Shown here: in pieces, positions 29,075-64,000 of the stretch
How positions within the stretch are numbered: the first letter of the stretch is position 1
Layout of the letters: the number at the start of each line of letters is the position of its first letter
NCBI GenBank assembly: GCA_030141605.1
Contig: JAQGDQ010000296.1
Location: 225,273 to 289,272, forward strand
Direction of reading: 5' to 3'
DNA: 64,000 bases
Source of the DNA: Tubiluchus corallicola
Lineage: Eukaryota; Animalia; Priapulida
Program-made: the position numbers and the translations under genes
Notes under the pieces: model-generated
Seen by the model: the letters and a program-made list of their open reading frames with translations, nothing else
Database searches by the model: none
What the model was told of the DNA's origin: nothing

Positions 29075-30499
29075 TAAAAAGAAACTAAAATATTGCACTA
29101 GTAGTATTGTTTTCTGCAGTTTAGTTGGGAATATTTTGACAACTTTGAGCCATGCATTTTCATGTTATGTGACTAATATTTTAATACTTCTGTTGTGTCT
29201 AGTGTTGTGCACTAGTTAAAAATTTGTGCAAAGTATAATTGCCTAAGCGCAAGAGAAATATCCGTAAAAACCGGTATCATGCATTTAAAAAATACTTTGT
29301 ATTGGTAGATTGGACGGGTGCATGTTTAGGACAGAATAACTCCCGGAGTCCCGGTGGCAAAAACACACAACTGCTCTAGTACATTGTAGAATGGTAATGT
29401 AGCTCGTGGGTTACCTACGAAACGCTTGTGTGCTTGTTTGCGTACGAGAAATTTACGCAACAAATTCACATACCTGCGTAAGCAAGTTTTGCTTTCTGTC
29501 GTAAATGCGGTGTTAGGTACGATTCACGCAACGATCTTTAGGTTCACGTAGGCATGTTTTAAACCTTACCTATAGCTAAATAGATATTTTTGTGCTAATT
29601 CTGAGTCATCATAGTCAGCCATCAGCGCTAAGTATTTAGTTCTCGCAAGTGGGGTGCTGCACGTTACTTGGTGTGACTCTCGTAATGATTACTACGATGC
29701 GATCGGCTTTTTTTCAATTGCAAAAATGATCAACATGTTTTGCATAGCAAAGCATAACAAAATGGAAACAATCACAACTACAAAGATTGTTGGTATTTGG
29801 AAATAAATGGGAATCTGATGATTATGACGGAAAATTACAGCATGCTGGCAAAACAAGAAGCAACTTGAAAAATCGGTATGGAAAAGAGAAAATAATAATA
29901 ATAAAGCTATAAACCCAGAGATATTGCAAGAGCTTAAAAATAGAACACAGAAAAATAGAATATGAAAATTTTTCCTTGATAGGTAGAAAATCTGAAAAAC
30001 AATAGTGTATTAGAGCTAGGGAGTGTGGGCTTGCAGATATTTAAAAAAAAACATAATGAAAATCAAGTTAAATATGATGGAATTGAAATGTAATTTGTTT
30101 GTTGCTGTTTAATGTTAATGATAAAGATCATATGCGGCTGAAGTGCTGAATTATTCGAATCTATAATAATTGTAGTAATGAATCGAATTCGAATGTTCAA
30201 ACTCGAACGTTCAGTGCTTAACCCTAATCCGCTCCCTCCCCCCTCCCCCCCCCCCAAAAAAAAAACGCATCCGGATGCTACATAAACGCCACGTAATATG
30301 CAAAAATTGTGAATGACCATAATATTGTAATGACGGTTGATTGAAAAAATTATTGCTCTTGCACAGTTGTGCTCATCTTGGTAAAGGTGGAGACTGAAGA
30401 GGAGCCAGTGTATGGCTCTGAACCGTTGAACGTCACTCAAGATTTCTTCTGTTGCTCGAAATTGTTCCACGAAAGTCAAAGTACCTTGCTGTATTACTA

Positions 30500-30815
30500 G
30501 TTTCCTACATTAATAAGTACTTAGGAATACGGAAGTAAAATTTGTGTTAGTAATTAGTCGTCTAATATTGTAGTTAAATTTGATACCGATACACATTTGT
30601 GCACACGCTTCGATGGACTAATGCGAATTTACAGCGCAGCTTCCATTATATTTTAATTTATTTTTGCTTGAGGCTTAGAGATGGGTGCAGGAATTTGATA
30701 TTAATTCAGACTTCGTTCAAATTAAGTTCTCACGAATTTATGAATTTTATAAAGTATTTTCAGTTAAGGGTTTAAAACTTTATGAAAGGAAATCTACAAT
30801 TGGACAAATATCTGA
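30500..30815 (+). promoter_or_regulatory. Candidate distal promoter and 5'UTR exon of the SLC15 gene
   Basis: ETS-like ACGGAAGT at ~30529, CpG-rich patch, donor GA|GTAAGG at 30816; CpG density falls downstream. Confidence 0.35.
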
Positions 30816-31397
30816 GTAAGGAATGTGTTTTGCTTTGATTAAATTGAAATTTGTGTTTCTGTTTAAGGAGAATCAAGCAGTCAATTTGAATTTGCTGTTC
30901 TATGGCCGTAAGAGACTTTCTTCACTCCGACTGCCTCAGTTTTGATTTTGCTTTGTGTATTTGTTTGTAAAACATGTCATGTGGAACACAGTTAGAGCTT
31001 CTGATTTTGCATTAAAATTTAATGTCAACACAAATAGATCTCTCAACTCCTGCGACTCATGCCATGAGCCTCATGATTTTAACTCATTTTGTGCAGTCTC
31101 ATGGCACACCTGGTTTCTCATGGTTAATAAAAATAACATCAAGTTTTGACTGTACATACAAAATAAAACTAAAAGATACAATAGGATTCAATTGTTCAGA
31201 AACCCTCTGGAATATGGGCTCATGTGGACCAGCTTTTTTACTCAGACTATATAACAAAAACTACAGTTCACAGTTTTTATCTATTCCAATTTTAATACTA
31301 TACTGATGCAAAACTTATGTATTCTTTCTTGATTCTTCACATGCTCATCTCTCTTCTATTGTTTTAGATGAACAGCCTTTTTTAGTTCACTATAGTG

Positions 31398-31425
31398 ATG
31401 AGTAATTCTTCACGTGCTGCTGACG
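31398..31425 (+). CDS. Candidate alternative first coding exon 1a of the SLC15 gene (MSNSSRAAD); exon probably 31368-31425
   Basis: Pyrimidine tract and AG at 31366-31367; in-frame stop upstream of ATG 31398; phase-1 donor G|GTATCC (weak), compatible with exon 40343. Confidence 0.4.
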
Positions 31426-33597
31426 GTATCCATAGTATAGAGATTACGTTAATTATAGTTTTAGGTATACTTTTCTCCTGAATTATAATTTTAACAGTAA
31501 TAAGTCTTCAATCCTTAACTAATGCTCACTTAAACTTTCTGCATGTGAAGGGAGATCTGTGGCTGAAAATCAATTTGATAAAAAGACACCACTTTGTTTT
31601 TGTGGTCATATACAGACGTCCAAATAATCCAGTATTTCATTTTTGAAATCACTTAAATGACATTCTTATTAATATTTAAATTAGACATACCCACTTATAA
31701 TGTTCATTTCAACATGAATCTAAGGCACTTTGTCAACTGGGCTATCGTGAAATATATCTCTAGAGATTTTCGACATACCAAGGTGTATTTACTTTAGCAA
31801 TCTGATTGCCTAGATTCGCCCATACAAACGGGTTTTTAACAGGCTATATGCTGTATTAATAGCGTGTAGGACTACGTAATTAGCCATTTCACTTAATTAA
31901 CCATGAACTGGCTCTATAGTGGCCTATTTCTAGGCGATTCTTTTCCAAGTATAAAACCCAAAGGCTAATGTTTCCTCTTTCTGTTGGTATAATGTTGTTA
32001 TCCCACAGAATACTATCTCTGGGATGCTCCTACTCTAGGACAATCTAAAGTATAGACGCATAAATGTATAATTGCTTTTCATACTGGTCGTGTAACATAA
32101 AATCTTTATTCTCTAGTCATGCAGTCATTATTGTTTATTAGTCTGTTAATGTGTAGCAAGCCCTATAAGCAGTAAAACCTAGTATGATGTAATACTAATC
32201 AGTCTAAGAGTTTCGTTGTCATTTTTGTGCATCGTAAATACCATAATATGTGATCATTAATAATTATGTGCATATTTTAATTTGGTGTCCTTGCTTTCTT
32301 TTTCTATCAGGTATGAAACACAACCATTAGGAAACAGCAATACCTAGTTCCACTAAATGTCTTCTATCATGTAAATGTGAAAATAAATTACTTTGAGTTC
32401 AAAGAATTTAAGGAGTTTCAGGCCTTCAGCACTTCACCCAAGCTATTTCACTTATCAAAAAACAATAAATTAACCTAAAATTCGCAATTGCCAACAATGG
32501 CTTCGCATCATCTGCAAGTTTTTGTTCTTGTTATATCAGCTGATTTGTTTAGAAATAGCATTTTGGTTTTTTGAAAATAATGTTGTCACCGCCATCTTGA
32601 AACCAAAATGGCAGATCAAAAATCCAACTCGTTGATTGATACAGAATTTGTTCTTATATATTTGTGTTAAATTTTATGACATTCCATTGCGAGTTGATAG
32701 AGCTTTAAGTTTTTTTAAAAGGTCATCATAGATGAAATATTAACGTTCAATAAATGTTAATAAAACTAAATTTATGTTAATTTCAATTCATTCTATCGAT
32801 TTTTAAAACCTCAAAGTAATTTTGAAATAAATGAATAACTTTTCTCTGTAAGTCTCGCAAATCGAGATTTTTTTCAATTCAGATAGCAATTCAAATTGAT
32901 CAGCTCATATTAAACATATAACTTAATAAAATATTGATGTTTACTCAGAGATTAGCTAGGCACTGTGTAGAGCTGTTATCTCTTTGATTGGTACATAATT
33001 CTTTAGTAACATTTAGTTTATACATAAATTAGTTATTGAGCCCTTCATAAAGACATTGTTTTATTGCTTTGTTTTATCTCTTGTTCTCATTACTGATTAG
33101 AATAAACTAGTAGAAAGGAAACAGGTTGTGATTTTATACCATGGTTAAAATAATCTAACTTACAGTATAAATGTATAAAATATTGAAAAGGAAAATGCTG
33201 TTGCCGGTGATAAAATGTATATTTTTATTATACTTCAAAATGGGATACGATCTGAAAAATTGTCCTGTTTTTCTTTAAGATACCAAGTTACACCTTTCAT
33301 AAGCTTAAATTCTTAAAATTTGAAAATATAACTATTGTATTCTTATTTTGATTTTGATTTTCTTATTTGAAAGAGTTTAAATTTTGAGCCTCTCAAAATA
33401 ATTAAATTTTGAAATAAGTAGAATCTGCCAAATGCAACAGTGTCCTGTTTGTTTATCTGTCTGCCCTAAAAATACTTCTACCCAACATAATATAAAGCTA
33501 ATGTCATTGAAAATTTTGCGCATATTGATGTATTGTTCATTGTAACATTGTCAATAAGCCAGCTGAATAACATTTCCAAATTAAAGCTATTGCAAAT

Positions 33598-33797
33598 TTC
33601 GAAATATACGTCTTTGTTTAACTGTTGAAAATTGAAAATTTAACAGATCCCAAATCTCTCCAAAAATGTATAAATTAGTTTTAAAACAATTCCTTCAATT
33701 ACTTATTTTCGAAAAATACGTCTTTATTTAAGTATTAAAAATAGAAATTTTACCAAGTCCTATATCTCTCAAAAAATGTATAAATTTGTTTTAAAAG
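33598..33797. repeat. Diverged tandem pair with ~110-bp period
   Basis: TTCGAAA.ATACGTCTTT...TCTCTC.AAAAATGTATAAATT.GTTTTAAAA occurs twice. Confidence 0.75.
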
Positions 33798-34905
33798 AAC
33801 GTGAAAATGTCGGCAGTTTCATAAATTTCTCAAAATTTTGTGCCTTAATTTCCTATTTTATTACACATTTTGATGTGTAGGATGCACAGAATTGGTGAAA
33901 TGTGATGCCATCAAATAATATTAAATATTTATTATAAGCAGGTAGCAGACACAAAAAAGCAAATCCCATCAAGCTGTGTAATGTGAACTAATAACTGGAA
34001 TTTACCTTATGTACAGAAACAACAAAAGATGTCTTAGGTTTACCTTAGTCAGTTTTTTAAAGACTGTAGCAAATCACTACAAATTTCCTTAGTATTACAT
34101 GCAGAACAGTGATTTCACTCTCTTTGGTTGACCTTTGTACCAGCTACATTATTCTGTAAACAAGCATGGCCGTTTATACGCTTGTTGTCTAGGAACAATG
34201 AATGTAGCCAGGTTAATACTTTCTTATTTGTACAAGAATCTGAATCGCTTAAGTTATTAGCATGGATCTGGAAAAAGTGCTTATATACATCTGTGGATGG
34301 CTGCCAAATTGGCTGGTATCGAATATAGAATGTGAGTTTAAAGGTTTTTGCACTGTAGCTTTTTAACTATATCAAACATTTTTCATTTGTTCTTTTGTAT
34401 AAAAGGCTTTCTCGATAAAATTTTTTCTTCCTATCTAGAGAGAACCAATGTATATAATTAAAGGTAGCTAATTGCTGTACTGCTGCCAGTGGTTGAACTA
34501 TTACTATGTAGCTACTAGCTAATGACTATCACTGGGATGTAACTGCAAAGAGCTTCACCAAATACAGCATCACACTTAGAGCTCAAGAAACCAGTGATGC
34601 TGTTGGCTTTATCATTCATTTACTCTAATATGTCAATCAGAGTAATTGATCTGTCAGTAATTGTAATTGTAATTATTAATAAGTAATCTGGTCTGGATAA
34701 CTGATATATCAATAATTGTAATTAGTGAGTTTTGCTATCAAAAAATGTCTGACTGCCAGTAATGTTGTAGAGCTGTATATTTTTCCACCTGAACATCAGA
34801 ACAAGCAAAACGTGTTGGTGAGTCGTATTTATTATTCTTTTTTGTAGTCTGTAGTACGTTGTAAATACTCACTCAAAAAGTCGACAGTTATTTTAGCATT
34901 TTGTT

Positions 34906-35494
34906 TTAAGGGAAAACCAGACCCAATGTTAAACTATAGCTCAAATCAATCTAACTATAAAATATTGAAAGGAATTGTGCTATTTTTTCAATGAGTTACA
35001 TGAAAGAATTATTACCACAGAAATGTAATTTTGCATTCATACAAGTAGTTCTTTGCTGTTACATGTATTTTGCTATTCGCTAGTTAGATGGGCACTAGCA
35101 CCTGCATCTAGAAAATGTGTTGCACAAAAAACAGGTGCTGTACCTCTCAGTTCAATGGTGTTTGGTTGTGACATAATACACATATTCAAGAGCTCATGCG
35201 TGAGCACAGCGGGCGGTGAATTTGAAATTCGAATTTTAAAGTTAAAATTTGCAAAGTTTTTTGTATATCACATTAAATGTTGTACAGTAGCACTGTACTT
35301 CAATTTTTGTTTTCGCAAACATGTGCAACACACTCATGGAAAGATTGTGCTGTGAAAATCATGTTCAGTTGTGATGTCCTTATCATATATAATTATCAAA
35401 AACACCTTGGCATTGCTATAAGTGTTAAAATGTATACTTGTTACCATACTTCAAAATGGGATAGGATATAAAAAGTTATCGTGTTTTCCTTTAA
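34906..35494 (+). mobile_element. TTAA-flanked MITE (Kolobok/T2-like), intronic copy 1
   Basis: TTAA-GGGAAAACC...GTGTTTTCCT-TTAA; internal blocks (TAGTTAGATGGGCACTAGCACCTGCAT, CATGCGTGAGCACAGCG) are shared in reverse orientation with 52834-53436. Confidence 0.7.
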
Positions 35495-36981
35495 ACCTTT
35501 GAATTGAGATAGATTTGTGTCAGTTAGTAATTTTCTTCTTGATAGTTCTTGTTTATTTATTTATTTATTTATTTTTATAATTTCTTGATTCTGTGATTGT
35601 TTTAAACTGTAGTGACATTTCTGGTGCTAATGCGTAGAGTTATGATTGTTTTTCAAATTTCAAATTGGAATAATATTCGCATTTAAAATTTAAAGTTTTT
35701 CTGATTGTTTTGCTGGCAATTTGACAACCAAATAAATTGGTACAAAATGCTATAACTGGCCTGTAGAACTATAACAAAATTACTTCACCAAACAAATTAA
35801 TTTTGTGTTGTTGGCTAATAATTACTACTGCATGACTCACTTTATTCTAGTGCAGAAATCTTAAGAAAAAATATTTGCCAGAAGTTTAGTATTTATTCAG
35901 TTTTAAGTCATTAGGCCAAAAGGTAAATTTGTTCCGCCTTTGATTCAGTTAAATAATCAATGATTGCAGGAACAGTTATTTCTTTTAACTTTGTTCTGAC
36001 AATATTATCTAGGTTTTTCAAGTAAAGTACCAAAATTATGATAGCTATTTATTGTTTCAACTTTTTAATAATTTACCTTTACTGTGTAGGGAAAGTGATG
36101 TCACTGTGGGAGTTTAATGATAAATTCAATTTTTAGATGTTTTAATCTACTTAATCCTGAACAGTAGCTGTCTATGGCCACTTCTATAGTGGCTGACAGT
36201 AAAACCTTGTGCCATTATTAAACATCAAACGTGTATTGACTGGTACCTTGTGGGATAGTATGATTATTTATTGCTTTAATGATGTGGGTACAATAGGGGC
36301 AGGACTATTAAATACTGTACTAAAAATGTAAACGTATGTTTTCTTCGAAGGTTAAAAAGTCATTATATTTTAAGCCCATTTCCTCTTTATTTTTGTAATT
36401 ATTACTAAGTCATTTTGCAGTGTTGAAAATTATGCTATGCTTACATTAATAATCATTTGTCAACCATCAGCCTTACTTTAGTCATGCCCTGCTCTTCAGC
36501 TGCTTAACAGGGTAATATTGGAGAATCAGGCTGTGTGTAGTGTTGCTTTCCACGTTTAAGCGATGCATATGATAAGTTAAAAGTTACATCGTTAACACTT
36601 ACTACGAGATTCCAAAAATCAAGCTGCATCAAAAAAAGATATTGTATGATTTATAAATTGTTCTATAGGAATTATGTATTATGTGAAGTTAGTATAATCT
36701 CTCATCTAACGTGATCAGCATTATTGCCAAAGCTTACTAAAACATTGACTGATGAGCGGTGTCCCACATGACACGATCATTACTGGAACAATACTGACAT
36801 GTTCATGTATATTGAGTCGCTAAGCGGCAAAGCTTGTGATCGGAAATTGCTGTCTCGTATGTTTTGAGCTTTGAGTGATAGCTACTACCTGAATCTCTTT
36901 GCATTTGCGCTCTGTAGTTTTCTTATTATGTGTTAAAATACGTTTGTATTAGAAAGCTGGCAGTTGGATGTAGGCTTTACT

Positions 36982-37009
36982 ATGCTCACTCGTAAAATCA
37001 GCGATGAAG
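36982..37009 (+). CDS. Candidate alternative first coding exon 1b of the SLC15 gene (MLTRKISDE)
   Basis: ATG 36982; phase-1 donor AAG|GTAGGC; lies in a local CpG-richer patch (~36550-37050) inside an otherwise CpG-poor intron. Confidence 0.5.
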
Positions 37010-37800
37010 GTAGGCATGGTTTTTTGTCTTTTTTTCTCTACGTTTTCCAATTTGACTGGTTTCTGCATCTGGTTTAACATTTGTCATTCAAATTGGCAAG
37101 AGTTATTTAGCACGAACTTGTAAGGTCTGGAACTCTGGTTACATTTGTAATCCTCATGTTCATAGTCTTTTTCTTCTCATTTGTGTCCAACTTTTTCTTT
37201 GTTAAGAATTTTTGAGATAGGCCTATGTTTATTATCAAATTAATAGTGGGTCTACCTACAACATTCTAAAGCTATTTCAGTATAGTTTCATATCAGCGTA
37301 GATTATAACTACTGTACTTAATTTATAAGTCAGTTTTTAGAAACTAATGCAACATTAAGGTAATCTTGAATTTTCTAAAACAAAATAAATGACTCAAGTT
37401 GCAAAACCTTAGGCTACTTATAAAAATGGTCACAACGGTGTTGAATGATGTATTGTTGACAAATGAAATTTGAGAGAATCAAAAACAAAATACAATTTAA
37501 GAAGATTCTATAGACTGCTTTGAATAATTAAGTACTACATTAATATGCATAAATGTATGCTTATTTGCTGGATTAATTCACTCTTTTATCTGAATAAGCA
37601 ACATTTGCTGTAAACTCTCTTAGATTCTGTAAGGCACTTGGTAAACAAATACATACCTTTTGCTTTAAAATAAGAGCAAGTCAGATCTTATTGTGTCATG
37701 TGATTAGATAAATTGCTGATAAAGCCATTGTACCTGGAAATCTATTCTAACATGACCTATAAGTAAGCCACAGTAATGAGGCAGCATTGGTAGTAACCCC

Positions 37801-62845
<25,045 letters not shown>

Positions 62846-63224
62846 AAGTTTGTGTAAATGAAACTATGGCGAATTTTGTGACAGTTAATTTGTCGACTAC
62901 ATCGATTTTTATGTAAAGTCTCCGATTTTCTGGAATGGAAATGGATGAAATTAATAGGATTGGGCAACTGTAGTGGAAATAGCTAACAAAAATGGATTTC
63001 CGAGTTTCTGTAAATCTAATACTTCAGATAAAATTTTTACGTCACTTGTTACATTCCGGCAAAAGTCTAACCTTTCACAAGTTTGTAAGACGTTTTGTAC
63101 TTTTCACTCTCTTTTTGCATTTGCTACGAGAAGTGTGGGAAAATGTCAGTTTGGACCGAATAGAGTTTTATGTATGTTTTTCTTTCGCAATGATTGTAGA
63201 AATTAAAAAATAGTAGGAACAAAT

Positions 63225-63230
63225 AATAAA
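63225..63230 (+). promoter_or_regulatory. Candidate polyadenylation signal AATAAA of the SLC15 gene
   Basis: First AATAAA I see after the stop codon (~380 nt downstream); the hexamer is common in AT-rich DNA. Confidence 0.35.
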
Positions 63231-63547
63231 TCGTTTCCCACACCAAAAATGATAGTAGCTTAAATAAGGCCTCCGATTTTCTGCTTCAAAAATGACCAAA
63301 TTCTGTTTCAAATCATCAATACCGTTTCAATTTCACTTCATGGAAATTAGAAGCCACATGACCCTATAACTAATGCATATCATCACGCAAATCGTTTTTA
63401 CTTTTTTAGATAAATATTCAAAAGTTGAACTTGAATTGAGGTCAAAAGGGGATAGAGTTTAAACAAATTTCATTGTAAATACAAAAATGTTTAAGGATAT
63501 GGCCACATATTTGCATGAAAGTGAGCAACTTTTTCATAAACATACTG

Positions 63548-64000
63548 CTATTCGGTCCAAACTGACATTTTCCCACACTTCTCGTAGCAAATGCAAAAAG
63601 AGAGTGAAAAGTACAAAACGTCTTACAAACTTGTGAAAGGTTAGACTTTTGCCGGAATGTAACAAGTGACGTAAAAATTTTATCTGAAGTATTAGATTTA
63701 CAGAAACTCGGAAATCCATTTTTGTTAGCTATTTCCACTATAGTTGCCCAATCCTATTAATTTCATCCATTTCCATTCCAGAAAATCGGAGACTTTACAT
63801 AAAAATCGATGTAGTCGACAAATTAACTGTCACAAAATTCGCCATAGTTTCATTTACACAAACTTTTAAAATCGTTCGTCTGCAACATCTTCAGAATCAG
63901 CATATCCAAAATTATCCCAAGTTTTAGTTTTTTCATTCAGTCCAGGCTTTTCAGGAGGAGGTTCTCTAGTTCCGTTCTGGACTATTTCGCCATCATTGTG
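63548..64000 (-). repeat. Inverted duplicate of the SLC15 last exon and 3'UTR (copy of 62711-63163), continuing past the window end
   Basis: Reverse complement is colinear without indels (paired coordinates sum to 126711); one mismatch seen (62970 vs 63741). The ORF track shows twin ORFs 62973/63738 and 62992/63719. Confidence 0.97.

Noticed and set aside
34771-34817. AG...GTGAGT-bounded 47-nt segment as another coding first exon
   Set aside because: Stop codon in the frame needed to join exon 40343 and no ATG in the phase-0 frame; at most a UTR exon.
62973-63738. Twin ORFs MEIANKNGF... and MDFRVSV... on both strands
   Set aside because: Chance 3'UTR ORFs duplicated by the inverted repeat.

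Overview
AT-rich eukaryotic (invertebrate-animal-like) genomic DNA with GT-AG introns. The right half (~30.5-63.2 kb, + strand) holds one intact multi-exon gene for a PEPT1/PEPT2-type SLC15 proton-coupled oligopeptide transporter. I assembled it by hand: 20 coding exons, 2388 nt, about 795 aa, all splice phases consistent. Three things stand out in this gene: (i) a tandemly duplicated, probably mutually exclusive exon pair encoding TM3 and the following outer loop, 67 nt apart; (ii) at least three candidate alternative first coding exons, each supplying the acidic residue of a [DE]xxxLL sorting motif across the junction with a shared 35-nt exon; (iii) a near-perfect inverted copy of the last exon and 3'UTR that runs off the window end. 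The left half has no intact gene. It contains a decayed CR1/L2 ORF2 fragment, an ORF1-only SGNH-esterase retroelement between two (GAT)n tracts, a truncated SLC25A35-like fragment, possible polycystin-1/REJ-like pseudo-exons, TTAA-flanked MITEs, a 553-bp tandem duplication and long microsatellites. All homology calls come from motif recognition by eye; no database search was run.
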